Assembly (NCBI GenBank): GCA_016870155.1
Contig: VGCE01000003.1
Coordinates: 54,055 to 118,054 of the forward strand
Direction of reading: 5' to 3'
DNA from: Actinomycetota bacterium
Lineage (GTDB): Bacteria; Actinomycetota; Thermoleophilia; Miltoncostaeales; Miltoncostaeaceae
DNA length: 64,000 nt
The position numbers were made by a program, and so were the translations under genes. Below the pieces are notes generated by a model. The model ran no database searches. It saw only the letters and a program-made list of their open reading frames with translations, and was not told the origin of the DNA. Shown here piece by piece: positions 53,674 to 63,062 of this stretch. The number at the start of each line of letters is the position of its first letter. The first letter of the stretch is position 1.

Positions 53674-54357
53674 CTATCCATCGCTGGTGCGGGTATTCGC
53701 CCCTCCAGGGGCCTGATCGGCGATGCGCTTCAGCAGCAGCGCGGCCGTCGTGCCGATGGCGCTCTCCTCGTCGATCGTGACCACGCGCTTCCACGAGGAA
53801 ATGACGTCCCGTCCGTCGCGGCGGTACGTGGCGAGCCACCCGCGGTTGAACCAGGCGAGCTGGCTCTCGGGGTTGTCGCGCGTGACCCGGGCGAGCACGG
53901 CGGTGGCACGCTTCATTCCGGCATCGCCGGTGGCGGCGTCCGCCAGCGCGAGCCCGATGACGGGGGCGATGGCCCCGGGGTCGGCGGCCGCGGCCATGCG
54001 GAAGGTGCCCGCGGCGGCGTCCTGCTCGCCCGCCCTCTGCTGGGCGGCGCCGAGCCTGAGGAGGGCATCCACGTCGCCGCCCCGGGCCTCGGCCCGATAG
54101 GCCGCCACCTGCTGCGACGCAGACATCTGGGCGATGGCGTCGGGCACGGGCTGGTCGAGCACCATGGCGAGCGGCGGAAGGTCGGTGGGTCCGGTGAGCT
54201 CCTCGCCGGGAGCGGCCACCACTCCGATGACGATCGGCTGGGCGGGGTCGGGCGGCGCCACCTGGCTCGTGCCGCCCAGGGCCAGCGCCCCCGCGATTGC
54301 CGCCCCGGCCACCACGAGGCCGGCGACGACCACGCCGATGATGCGGCCGGGGTTCAC
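53674..54357 (-). CDS. Membrane-anchored TPR-like repeat protein
   Basis: An N-terminal TM segment (IIGVVVAGLVVAGAAIAGALAL), then Ala-rich helical repeats. The GTG start overlaps the upstream stop (GTGA). Confidence 0.45.
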   Translation of the reverse strand: MNPGRIIGVVVAGLVVAGAAIAGALALGGTSQVAPPDPAQPIVIGVVAAPGEELTGPTDLPPLAMVLDQPVPDAIAQMSASQQVAAYRAEARGGDVDALLRLGAAQQRAGEQDAAAGTFRMAAAADPGAIAPVIGLALADAATGDAGMKRATAVLARVTRDNPESQLAWFNRGWLATYRRDGRDVISSWKRVVTIDEESAIGTTAALLLKRIADQAPGGANTRTSDG

Positions 54358-55595
54358 GGAGGGACCGCGGCCGTCGGCCCCGCGGGCGCGAGGGCGTCGA
54401 GGGCGTCGCGCACCGCGGGAAGCGGAACGCGGACGAGGCCCTGGCCGATCCATGCGCCGTCGGCGCGCGAGGCGATGCCCATGGCGATGCCCGGGGACTC
54501 CCCGGCGTCGAGGCACAGGCGGGCGTCGATGGCCATGTCGGCGCAGGCGATCACTCCCTGGTCGCCGGTCCACGGCGCGGCGTCGGGTGATGGGGTGCCC
54601 TCGCCGAAGTCTTTGTCCTCGCCGATGGGGGCGGGCGCGGTGAACCACGTACCGGGCATGCCGGCCAGGGTGATGGCCACGTCGGTGCCGTTGCCCGACA
54701 TGCCGATGACCAGGCTCGATCGCGGCACGCCTGATGCCGACTGCAGCGCGGCCCGCGCGGCGGCGGCCAGCACGGGCAGAGCCATGCGTCCATCCCCGGC
54801 GGTGATGAGGGTGACGGCCGGCACGGCGTCGAGCGCCCGCGCGGCGAGCCCCGGCAGCAGCGCGTGGAGGATCATCATCGCCGCCACCTGCGGGCGGGCG
54901 GCAGGGGGGTCACCGGCGTCTGATGCCCGGCGGGCAAGGTCGGTGAGGTCGATGGGCCCGGTCAGGTCGAGGGCGGCCGCCACGCCGGGGGCCACGCGGT
55001 CGCTCAGCATGCGCTGGCGCGCGATGAGGTCGCGCGTGCGCGCGCCCGGGGGAAGGCCGTCGCCCGCGCCGTCGGAGACGGGCGCCCAGGCCTCGGCCCC
55101 GGTCTCCTCGTCGCGCACGGCCCACACGGCCATCGATGGCGACAGCACGCCGCACATGGTGGCCACCACGCCGTGGGTGTCGGTGGGGGCGAGGGTGATG
55201 GCCCCGTGCGCGATCAGCGCGGCGGCCTCGCCCTGGTCGGGCGCCCAGCCCTCGAGCATCGCCGCCCGCGCCACCTGCCCGCGCATGGCCGGCCCCAGGT
55301 GGTCCCAGTCGCAGGGGGGGCCGCAGTGAAGGATCGTGCGCCCGTCCATGCCGGGCACCAGGTCGGTGGCGAGCCCCGCGCCCACCAGGTGCGGTCGTGC
55401 GGCGTCGAGCAGGGCGAGCGCCTCGCGGTTACCGGCCTCCACGGCGTTATCGGCATAGGCGCGGGTAAGGAGTGCGACGTCCGCCAGGTCGCCGCGCGCC
55501 GGGGGGGTCCACTCGATGACGACGGGTTCGACGCCCTGTGCGCGCAGGGTGTCCTCGACGAGCGGCGCCTCAATGGTGGCGATGGCCAGCGGCAT
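54354..55595 (-). CDS. DUF1116 (YlbE/AllG-like) family protein
   Basis: ILHCGPP, LEGWA, SPSMAVWAV and MSGNGTDVAITLAGMPGTWFTAPAP parallel DUF1116 blocks as I recall them. Confidence 0.65.
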   Translation of the reverse strand: MPLAIATIEAPLVEDTLRAQGVEPVVIEWTPPARGDLADVALLTRAYADNAVEAGNREALALLDAARPHLVGAGLATDLVPGMDGRTILHCGPPCDWDHLGPAMRGQVARAAMLEGWAPDQGEAAALIAHGAITLAPTDTHGVVATMCGVLSPSMAVWAVRDEETGAEAWAPVSDGAGDGLPPGARTRDLIARQRMLSDRVAPGVAAALDLTGPIDLTDLARRASDAGDPPAARPQVAAMMILHALLPGLAARALDAVPAVTLITAGDGRMALPVLAAAARAALQSASGVPRSSLVIGMSGNGTDVAITLAGMPGTWFTAPAPIGEDKDFGEGTPSPDAAPWTGDQGVIACADMAIDARLCLDAGESPGIAMGIASRADGAWIGQGLVRVPLPAVRDALDALAPAGPTAAVPP

Positions 55596-55638
55596 GCCGT
55601 AATCGTAGGCGCTGCCGCGGCGCCCGCCTGCGGGTCGC

Positions 55639-56415
55639 TCAGGTGAGCAGGAAGGCGAATCCCACGGCGATGCCCAGCGCGATCACCCCGAGCCGGAAGA
55701 TGGCCTCATTCAGGTGCTGCACGGTCTTGCCGCCGAGCCACCCGCCGGCCCACGCCCCGACTCCCATCATCAGGCCGGCCCACCAGTACACGTGGCCGCT
55801 GAAGGCGAAGAAGATCGCCGCGGCCCCATTGGCGCAGAGCGACATCAGCAGCTTGAGGGCATTGAGGCGATTGAGGGTGTCGGTGAGCATCAACCCGAGG
55901 ATCGCGATGGTGATGATCCCGAGGCCGGCACCGAAGTAGCCGCCGTACACCGTGGCGAGGAAGATTGACACCACCAGCACCCAGCGGCTCATCTCGCCGG
56001 CGTCACCACGGGCGCTCACGGTGAGGCGCCGCAGCGGCTTCTGGGCGGCGAGCAGCGCGGTGGCGCCGAAGATGAGCCATGGCACGAGTTGCTCGAAGAG
56101 TTCCTCGCCGGTGGAGAGCAGCAGCGCGGCCCCGGTGACCCCGCCGAGAATCGACGTGATGGCCAGCACCCGTGCGAGGTTGGCCTGGCCGATGAGGTCG
56201 CGCCGCTGGGCGTAGGTGCCGCCGGCATACCCGGGGGAGAGCGCCACGGCGTTGGTGATGTTGGCGTCGAGCGCCGGTATGCCCACTGCGGTGAGCACCG
56301 GGAAGGTGACGAGCGTGCCGCCGCCCGCGACGGAGTTGACGAAGCCGCCGCCGATGCCGCCGAGGAGGGCAAAGATCAGGGCCCAGGTTCCGAGGTCGCC
56401 CACGGCCGCGAGCAT
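55639..56415 (-). CDS. TauE/SafE-family anion exporter
   Basis: GGGFVNSVAGGGTLVTFPVL and YGGYFGAGLGI motifs with 7-8 TM segments. An alternative start is at 56466. Confidence 0.83.
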   Translation of the reverse strand: MLAAVGDLGTWALIFALLGGIGGGFVNSVAGGGTLVTFPVLTAVGIPALDANITNAVALSPGYAGGTYAQRRDLIGQANLARVLAITSILGGVTGAALLLSTGEELFEQLVPWLIFGATALLAAQKPLRRLTVSARGDAGEMSRWVLVVSIFLATVYGGYFGAGLGIITIAILGLMLTDTLNRLNALKLLMSLCANGAAAIFFAFSGHVYWWAGLMMGVGAWAGGWLGGKTVQHLNEAIFRLGVIALGIAVGFAFLLT

Positions 56416-56464
56416 GCCACGGGTCGCTACCGGCCGCCGCGCGTGCGCTACCTTCCCGGCGCGC

Positions 56465-58624
56465 ATGGCGACCGGAGCCCCGCCCATCACCCTGCTCGGC
56501 CGCCTCGGCGCATGGTGCGCGCGCCGGCGCTGGTGGGTGCTGGGCGCCTGGGTGGTGGCCCTCGTGGGGCTCACGCTGCTGGGATCGGCGCTCGGGGGCA
56601 CGCCGTCCGACAACCTCTCGGTGCCAGGCCTGCCCGCGGCCGAGGGCGCATCGGTGCTGCAGCGCGCGTTCCCCGGCCAGGGGCTCACCGACGGGCAGGT
56701 GGTCATCCGATCCGAGCGCGGGTCGCTGGCGGCGGCGCCCTCCCGCGCGGCGATCGCGGATTCGGCCGGCCGGCTTCGCGCGATCCCGGGCATTGCGTCG
56801 GTTCAGCCCCCCGGCCGTTCGGGCACCGTGTCGGCCGATGGCCGCACGGCGCTCATGGGCATCGAGTGGTCCACGCCGCCCCAGGATCTCGGCCCGGGGC
56901 AGCTCGACCGGGTGCGGGCGGCTGCCCGTCCCCTCGAGCGGGCGGGGCTCGTGGTGGCCTACGCCGGGGCGCCGGCCACGCAGGCCGAGGCCACGGGCAC
57001 CGACTGGTCGGCGATCGTGGGCATCGCCGCCGCCATCGTGATCCTCCTGCTCGCCTTCGGCTCGGTGGTTACCATGGCGATCCCGGTGGTGGGCGCGCTC
57101 GTTGCCGTGGGCACCGCGCTCGCGGTGCTGGCCGTGCTGCAGGCCGTCACAGACGTGAGCGACGTGGGGCGCACCCTGGCGGTGATGATCGGCCTCGGCG
57201 TGTCGGTGGACTATGCGCTGTTCGTGGTCACGCGCCACTGCCAGCAGGTTTCAGAGGGCATGGACGTGAGCGAGTCGGTTGCGCGCGCCACGGCCACGGC
57301 AGGTCGTGCGGTGGTGATCGCGGGTGGCACGGTGGCCGTGGCGGTGCTGGGGCTGGCGGCGGCGGGCATTCCGTTCGTCGCGCGCCTCGGGCAGAGCGCA
57401 GCCATCGCCGTGGTCGTCGGGGTGCTCGCGGCAATCACGCTGCTGCCCGCTGCCCTGGCGATTGCCGGCAGCGGGCTGGGGCGCTGGCGCATCCCATTTG
57501 TGTCGGGCCCCCGGCCGGTGGACCTCGACGCCCCGCCCGATCGCACGCACGGATGGGCACGGTGGTCGCTCACCGTCACCCGCAAGCCGTGGCCATTCCT
57601 CATCGGGGGTCTGGCCTTGCTGCTGCTACTCGCGGCGCCTGTGCTGCGCATGGAGCTCGGGCAGGTGGATGCCGGGAGCGACCCGCCGGGGTCCACCACC
57701 CGCGAGGCCTACGCGCTGATATCCAGCGGATTCGGCCCGGGGTTCAACGGACCCGTGCAGGTCGTGCTCGAGGGGCCGCTGGCCAAGCAGAGCGCCCTCG
57801 CCGTGGCCGACCGCGCCCGCGACCTGGCAGGGGTCATCGAGGTGTCCCCGCCGGTGAGGTCGTCCATCGCCGACGTCGCGATGATCAACGTGGTGCCGGC
57901 CACCGCTCCGGCGAGCCCGCGCACCACCGATCTGGTGGAGAAGCTGGCGCAGCGCCTGAAGCCCGCGGCGGGCGCCGGCACGGCGGTGTACGCCACGGGC
58001 CTCACCGCGGTGGGGGTGGACCTCTCCGACCGCGTGGCGTCACGGCTGCCGTGGTTCATCGCGGCGGTCGTCCTCATCTCGTTCGTGCTGCTGATGTTCG
58101 AGTTCCGGTCGCTGCTCGTGCCACTCCAGGCCGCGGTGATGAACCTGCTCTCGGTGGCGGCGGCATTCGGGGTGGTGGTGGCCATCTTCCAGTGGGGCAT
58201 CCTGAGGCAGCAGATCGGCGTGCCCGAGGCCGTTGCCATCGAGGCCTGGGTGCCGATGATGATGTTCGCGATCCTCTTCGGGCTCTCGATGGACTACGAG
58301 GTGTTCCTCCTCTCGCGGGTACGCGAGGGCTGGGAGCAGACCCGCGATGCGCACCGCTCGGTGGCACTCGGGCTGGCGTCCACCGCCCGGGTCATCAGCG
58401 CGGCCGCGCTGATCATGGTGAGCGTGTTCCTCGCCTTCGTGCTGAACGACAACGTCATCGTGAAGATGCTGGGCATCGGCCTCGCCACCGCGGTGCTCGT
58501 GGACGCCACGATCATCCGCCTCATGCTCGTGCCGGCCGTGCTGAGCCTCTGCGGCCAGTGGAACTGGTGGCTGCCCGGGCGACGCGGGCGCGGTGGCGAG
58601 CAGCCGGGGACACCCCCGTCGTGA
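56465..58624 (+). CDS. MMPL-family RND-type membrane transporter
   Basis: Two 6-TM bundles with periplasmic loops, plus LSMDYEVFLLSRVRE and GVSVDYALFVVTR motifs. Start taken at MATGAPPITLLGRLG. Confidence 0.9.
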   Translation: MATGAPPITLLGRLGAWCARRRWWVLGAWVVALVGLTLLGSALGGTPSDNLSVPGLPAAEGASVLQRAFPGQGLTDGQVVIRSERGSLAAAPSRAAIADSAGRLRAIPGIASVQPPGRSGTVSADGRTALMGIEWSTPPQDLGPGQLDRVRAAARPLERAGLVVAYAGAPATQAEATGTDWSAIVGIAAAIVILLLAFGSVVTMAIPVVGALVAVGTALAVLAVLQAVTDVSDVGRTLAVMIGLGVSVDYALFVVTRHCQQVSEGMDVSESVARATATAGRAVVIAGGTVAVAVLGLAAAGIPFVARLGQSAAIAVVVGVLAAITLLPAALAIAGSGLGRWRIPFVSGPRPVDLDAPPDRTHGWARWSLTVTRKPWPFLIGGLALLLLLAAPVLRMELGQVDAGSDPPGSTTREAYALISSGFGPGFNGPVQVVLEGPLAKQSALAVADRARDLAGVIEVSPPVRSSIADVAMINVVPATAPASPRTTDLVEKLAQRLKPAAGAGTAVYATGLTAVGVDLSDRVASRLPWFIAAVVLISFVLLMFEFRSLLVPLQAAVMNLLSVAAAFGVVVAIFQWGILRQQIGVPEAVAIEAWVPMMMFAILFGLSMDYEVFLLSRVREGWEQTRDAHRSVALGLASTARVISAAALIMVSVFLAFVLNDNVIVKMLGIGLATAVLVDATIIRLMLVPAVLSLCGQWNWWLPGRRGRGGEQPGTPPS

Positions 58625-59240
58625 CGCCTCCTTCGCCGAGTCCCGCGCTCCGCCCCGACCGCATCACCATGCTCACCGGCGCCCGCCCCCACACGGAGCT
58701 CGGCCACGACGATGTGGACGCCGAGGCCGAGCTGGTGGTGCTGCGCACAGCCGACCACAAGCACTGGGACGGCCTGCTCATGCGGCCGCGCACCGATGTG
58801 GAGGGGCGTGCCGGAACCCTGGCGATCATCGTGCATGGATCCCTCGGCAACTATATGGGGGGCGTGCCGCGCCGCATGGCGTTCGAGCTCGCCCCCCGCG
58901 GGTAACCGGCGCTGTCGATCAACACCTGCATGGCCAACTCCGGCGTGGTGGACGGCGGCGGTCATTTTGACGACACCCCGCTCGACGTGGCCGCGCCCTT
59001 GACCTGACCCGCGAGGTGGGCTTCCAGCGCGTGGTGCTGGTGGGCTGCAGCCTGGGCGAGAGCATCGTCACGCACTACCAGGCGCGCGAGCACCCGCCTG
59101 AGGTGATCGGGCTCTGCACGCTGGCGCACCCGTGGAGCCTGCCCGATTCGATGCATCCGCGGCGGACCCGCCCCCACGGACTGGCTGCTGGCGAACGCCT
59201 CGGGGAGGGATTGCCGCCCCGGGTGGAGAAACCGCAGGCC
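58621..59240 (+). pseudogene. Disrupted, 3'-truncated alpha/beta-hydrolase gene
   Basis: The reading frame runs ...GTLAIIVHGSLGNYMGGVPRRMAFELAPRG-TAA-PALSINTCMANSG...DVAAP, then shifts frame to LDLTREVGFQRVVLVGCSLGESIVTHY (nucleophile elbow GxSxG). The Asp/His-bearing C-terminal half is absent. Confidence 0.55.
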
Positions 59241-59630
59241 ATGACGACGCCCCGCACGCTCACCCTGTCGGACGCCGCCGAGGTGTGCGGCACCACCAAG
59301 AAGGCCCTCGAGAGGCGCGTCGAGCGCGGCACGCTCGAGGTGTCGCGCCGGGGTGGCGTGCGCGTGGTGGAGGTGACCGAACTCGTGCGCGTGGGCCTGA
59401 TCGACGCCGGGAGCCCCGTGCAGGTGCCTACAGGTGGCAGCGCGCTCGACCGCCCGCTGGCCGTGCTGGCCCGGCGCCTGGCAGAGGCGGATGCCGACCT
59501 GCTGGAGCTCCGCGCATCGCTCGAGGCCACGGAGGCCGCCCTGCGCAGGGCGCGCGAGGACGCCCGCCTGCTGCGCTCGCGCCTGGCGCAGGCCACGCCT
59601 GCGGGCGACCTGCTGGCCGAGACCGCCTAG
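59241..59630 (+). CDS. Excisionase/MerR-like HTH protein with a C-terminal coiled coil
   Basis: LTLSDAAEVCGTTKKALERRVERGTLE (HTH), then a heptad-like LAEADADLLELRASLEATEAALRRARED segment. A GGTGGAGAA SD lies 10 nt before ATG 59241. Confidence 0.55.
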   Translation: MTTPRTLTLSDAAEVCGTTKKALERRVERGTLEVSRRGGVRVVEVTELVRVGLIDAGSPVQVPTGGSALDRPLAVLARRLAEADADLLELRASLEATEAALRRAREDARLLRSRLAQATPAGDLLAETA

Positions 59631-59650
59631 ACCCGCCGCGGCGCCCGCCC

Positions 59651-60952
59651 GTGACGTCGGCACCTCCGCCCGCGGGCACCGGTAGCGTGCAGGAGGTGGA
59701 GGACCTTCCCCAAGCCGATGACGTGGTGGTGGAGCTCCGCCCCGGCGTGGCGGCGGGGGAATCGCCCGCGGCCGGGGATGACGCCGCGCCCGAGGCGGAT
59801 GCCCTCGCGGTGATCGGCGTGCCCGGCGCGTTTGCGGCCCTCGAGGGGCACCGTGCGCTGTCGGCGGGCAGCAACGTGATGCTGCTCACGGGCGATGTCG
59901 TGCTGGCCGACGAGGTGGCCCTCAAGCGGCGCGCAGCCGACGCCGGCCGGCTCGTGCTGGGGCCCGGCAGCGACACGGCGATCATCGACGGCGTCGGCAT
60001 CGGCATCGCCAACGTGGTGGCGGCAGGACGCATCGGCGTGGTGGCGACCTCGGGCTCGGGGGCGCAGGAGGCATCGGTGCTGCTCGACCGCTTCGGGCTC
60101 GGGGTGAGCCGGGTGCTCGTGACCGGGCCGCGCGACCTCACCGATGAGGTGGGCGCGGCGTCGTCCATCGCGGCGATGCGCCGCATGGCGGACGATCCGC
60201 TCACCGACGCCGTGGTGCTGGTGGCCGAGGGCTTCTCAGCGCGCGGGGCCGAGGCCGCGCTCGCCGCGCTGGCGGCGTGCGGCAAGCCCGGGTCGGCATG
60301 CATGCTGGGTGCCGAGGGGCTGTCGGCGCCGGACGGCGTGGAGCTCCATGGCGTGATCGACCAGGCGGTGGTGGCCGCGGCCCGCCGGGCGGGCGCGAGG
60401 CCCGTGATTCCCGCGGCGGAGCCCACCGGCTGGGTGAGCGCGGGGCACGTGCGGGGCATCTTCTCGGGGTCGGCCCTCTGCGCCGAGGCCGCCGCGGTGC
60501 TGGCCGCCCGCCTCGGGCGCGTGGTGTCCAACACCCCCGCGGGCGCGGCGGAGTACCTCGACCCCCGAGACGTGGTGCGCGGCAACGCGTGCCTCGACCT
60601 GCAGGCCGAGTCGACCGCCCATGGCACGCCGCACCCGTTGCTGGACCCCTCGCGCCGCGCCGGGCTGATCGGTGACACGGTGTCCGACCAGACCGTGGCG
60701 GTGATCCTGCTCGACATCATCCTCGGGCGGGGCGCGCACCCCGACCCCGCCGGCGCCCTGGCCCCCGCCATCGCGGACGCCCTGCAGGCGCGGCCCTCGC
60801 TGCAGGTGGTGGCGCACGTGTGCGGCACCGAAGCCGACCCGCAGGTGCTGTCGCGGCAGGAGGATCACCTCACGCGGGCCGGCGCCCGGGTGGCGCCCAC
60901 CAGCGCGCAGGCCGCGCGGCTGGCCGCCGCGCTCGTGCGGCCCGCGCGCTGA
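59651..60952 (+). CDS. FdrA-like (succinyl-CoA-synthetase-alpha-like) protein lacking the usual N-terminal region
   Basis: LAVIGVPGAFAA...NVMLLTGDVVLADEVALKRRA...LVLGPGSDTAII...GVVATSGSGAQE...GPRDL parallels the central and C-terminal parts of E. coli FdrA. The start is uncertain (GTG 59651 or 59687). Confidence 0.65.
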   Translation: MTSAPPPAGTGSVQEVEDLPQADDVVVELRPGVAAGESPAAGDDAAPEADALAVIGVPGAFAALEGHRALSAGSNVMLLTGDVVLADEVALKRRAADAGRLVLGPGSDTAIIDGVGIGIANVVAAGRIGVVATSGSGAQEASVLLDRFGLGVSRVLVTGPRDLTDEVGAASSIAAMRRMADDPLTDAVVLVAEGFSARGAEAALAALAACGKPGSACMLGAEGLSAPDGVELHGVIDQAVVAAARRAGARPVIPAAEPTGWVSAGHVRGIFSGSALCAEAAAVLAARLGRVVSNTPAGAAEYLDPRDVVRGNACLDLQAESTAHGTPHPLLDPSRRAGLIGDTVSDQTVAVILLDIILGRGAHPDPAGALAPAIADALQARPSLQVVAHVCGTEADPQVLSRQEDHLTRAGARVAPTSAQAARLAAALVRPAR

Positions 60953-60960
60953 GGCCGGCC

Positions 60961-62127
60961 ATGCGGGTGCGCATCGCCACCTATTCGGCGATGCCGCGCG
61001 GTGGCGCGGTGCACGCGCGCTGCCTGGCCGAGGCCCTCGCCGCGCGGGGGCACGACGTGGAGCTGTGGGTGCTCACCATCGAGGGCTCGGGCCTGGCGGT
61101 GGGGCCGGGCGTGGCCACACACCACGTGCCGCTGCGCCCCGTGGCCGGCGAGTCGGCGGCCGATCGCGTGGACCGCGCGGCTGCCACGCTGGCAGATGGC
61201 GTGCGCGAGGTACCCCCGGCCGACATTCACCACGCGCAGGATCTCCTCTCGGCGCGCGCGCTGCTGGCGCTGCGCGCCGACGGCGTGGTTCCCCACGTGG
61301 TGCGCACGGTGCACCACGTGGAGGCCTTCGATGACCGCTCCCTCGAGGAGTGCCAGCGGGCGTCGATCCAGGACGTGGACCGCTGCATCGCGGTGTCGGG
61401 GTTCTGGGCCGACCGGTTGCAGGACGAGTTCGGCGTGCGGGCAGACGTGGTGCCCAATGGCGTGGAGGCCCATCGCTTCGGCGGCTGCACGCTGACGCGC
61501 GACGACGCCGGGGCGCGCATGGGGTGGCCGGGCCGCACCGTGGTGCTCGCCGTGGGCGGGGTGCAGCCGCGCAAGGGCAGCCGCGTGCTGCTCGAGGCCT
61601 TCGCCCGTGCACGGGGCCGCCTTCCGGGAAAGCCGCTGCTGGTGGTGGCCGGGGGCGATGGCTTCTTCGCCGACCCCTCGGCGGTCGCCGCGTGGGAGGA
61701 CGACGCCGTGCGCCTGGGGCTCGTGGTGCACCGGGGGCTGGGCGCTCCGCCAGGGGCCGACGTGGCGCGCATCGGCGTGGTGGACGACGATGACATGCCG
61801 GTGCTCTACCGCGCAGCCGACGTGCTGGCGTTCCCGTCCACGCGCGAGGGCTTCGGCCTGGTGGTGGTGGAGGCCATGGCCGCCGGGCTGCCGGTGGTGA
61901 CCAGCGACATCCCCGTGCTGGCGGAGTTCCTGCGCGACGGCGACGACTGCCTGATGACCCCGGTGGGCGACTCCGGACCGCTGGCGCAGGCCCTCGTGCG
62001 CCTGGTGAACGACGACGACCTGCGGGGTCGGCTCACCGCGAGCGCGAGCGACACGGTGCGGCGCCACACGTGGGACGAGGCGGCGCGGCGTGCGGAGGAC
62101 ATCTACGCGGACGTGCGGCAGTCGTGA
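60961..62127 (+). CDS. GT4-family glycosyltransferase
   Basis: GT-B fold with the EX7E-type motif (STREGFGLVVVEAMAAGLPVV) and N-terminal MRVRIATYSAMPRGG. Confidence 0.87.
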   Translation: MRVRIATYSAMPRGGAVHARCLAEALAARGHDVELWVLTIEGSGLAVGPGVATHHVPLRPVAGESAADRVDRAAATLADGVREVPPADIHHAQDLLSARALLALRADGVVPHVVRTVHHVEAFDDRSLEECQRASIQDVDRCIAVSGFWADRLQDEFGVRADVVPNGVEAHRFGGCTLTRDDAGARMGWPGRTVVLAVGGVQPRKGSRVLLEAFARARGRLPGKPLLVVAGGDGFFADPSAVAAWEDDAVRLGLVVHRGLGAPPGADVARIGVVDDDDMPVLYRAADVLAFPSTREGFGLVVVEAMAAGLPVVTSDIPVLAEFLRDGDDCLMTPVGDSGPLAQALVRLVNDDDLRGRLTASASDTVRRHTWDEAARRAEDIYADVRQS

Positions 62128-63017
62128 GCGTGGCCACCGGCGACCTGGTGGAGCATGGGGCGCTGCGCGTGGTCGCCGCGCAGGGGTGGCCGGGATCGGC
62201 GCTGGCGGTGTCGCCCGACGGCGCGTGGGCCGCGGTGGCCCTGCCGGGCCGGGTGGTGGTGTCGCGGCTTCCCGGTCTTGATTCCGTGCGTGAGATCGCG
62301 GTGTCGGACGTGCGCTCGATGGCGGCCGTGGGGCCCGATCGGCTTGCGCTGGCACCGCGGCGCGGGCTGCTGGTGATCGACGACCCGGTCGGCGTTGCGC
62401 GCGTGGGCCTGCGGTCGCGCGCTCCCGGCCGGCTGGTGCTGTCGGCCGGGCACGGGGGGCGGCTCGCCGCCGTGGGCGACCGTGCCGCGCTTCCGCGCGC
62501 TACGGTCGTGGCCCGGTCGGATGCCGCGCGCCGGCGCGATTGGACCGCCGCGGTGGAGGGAGCGGCGGCGGCCGCGTGGTTGGATGACGGCGACCTCGCG
62601 GTGGCGGCCGGCGCCGACCTGGTGCTGGTGAGAGCCGGCGAGGAGCATGCACGCGCACCGTCGCCGCTGGGCGAGCGCATCACCGCCGTGGCGTCGATCC
62701 CCGGCGGGGTCGTGATCGCCGGCCGGGGCGATCGCGCGATGATCCACGCGGTGCTGCCGGGTGCCGCCCGCCCGTCGCTCGAGGTGCATCCCGGCACGGC
62801 CCGGGCGCTGGCGGTGGCCGATGGCCTGCTGGTGGTCTCGTCACGATCGCTCGGCGAGCGCGTGACCGTGCACGACCTGGCCACGGGCGAGCGCAGGGCG
62901 TCGCTGCGGGGCGTGGCGTTGGGGGCACCGGGGCCGGGGATCGTGGTGGCCACGGGCCGCGAGGGCACGGTGGTGCTGGCCCCCCGAAGGGGGATCTCGC
63001 CGGCTTTTGGGGAATAG
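62124..63017 (+). CDS. Hypothetical protein with repeated beta-strand-rich units (beta-propeller-like)
   Basis: Repeated units of the type ..LAVSPDG.WAAVALPGRVVV.. / ..LSAGHGGRLAAVGDR.. / ..VASIPGGVVIAGRGDR... The GTG start overlaps the GT4 stop. Confidence 0.45.
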   Translation: MSVATGDLVEHGALRVVAAQGWPGSALAVSPDGAWAAVALPGRVVVSRLPGLDSVREIAVSDVRSMAAVGPDRLALAPRRGLLVIDDPVGVARVGLRSRAPGRLVLSAGHGGRLAAVGDRAALPRATVVARSDAARRRDWTAAVEGAAAAAWLDDGDLAVAAGADLVLVRAGEEHARAPSPLGERITAVASIPGGVVIAGRGDRAMIHAVLPGAARPSLEVHPGTARALAVADGLLVVSSRSLGERVTVHDLATGERRASLRGVALGAPGPGIVVATGREGTVVLAPRRGISPAFGE

Positions 63018-63062
63018 GGGTGCGGCAGTCTTCGTCCGCGTACTCCGGGAGGTCCTCGCAGC

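Noticed and set aside
56089-58620. A 938-aa plus-strand ORF overlapping the MMPL gene in another frame.
   Set aside because: It is Arg/Gly/Ala-rich with no motifs, whereas the MMPL frame has clear family motifs and TM structure. Only its last roughly 95 codons (58621-58905) look like real (pseudo)gene sequence.
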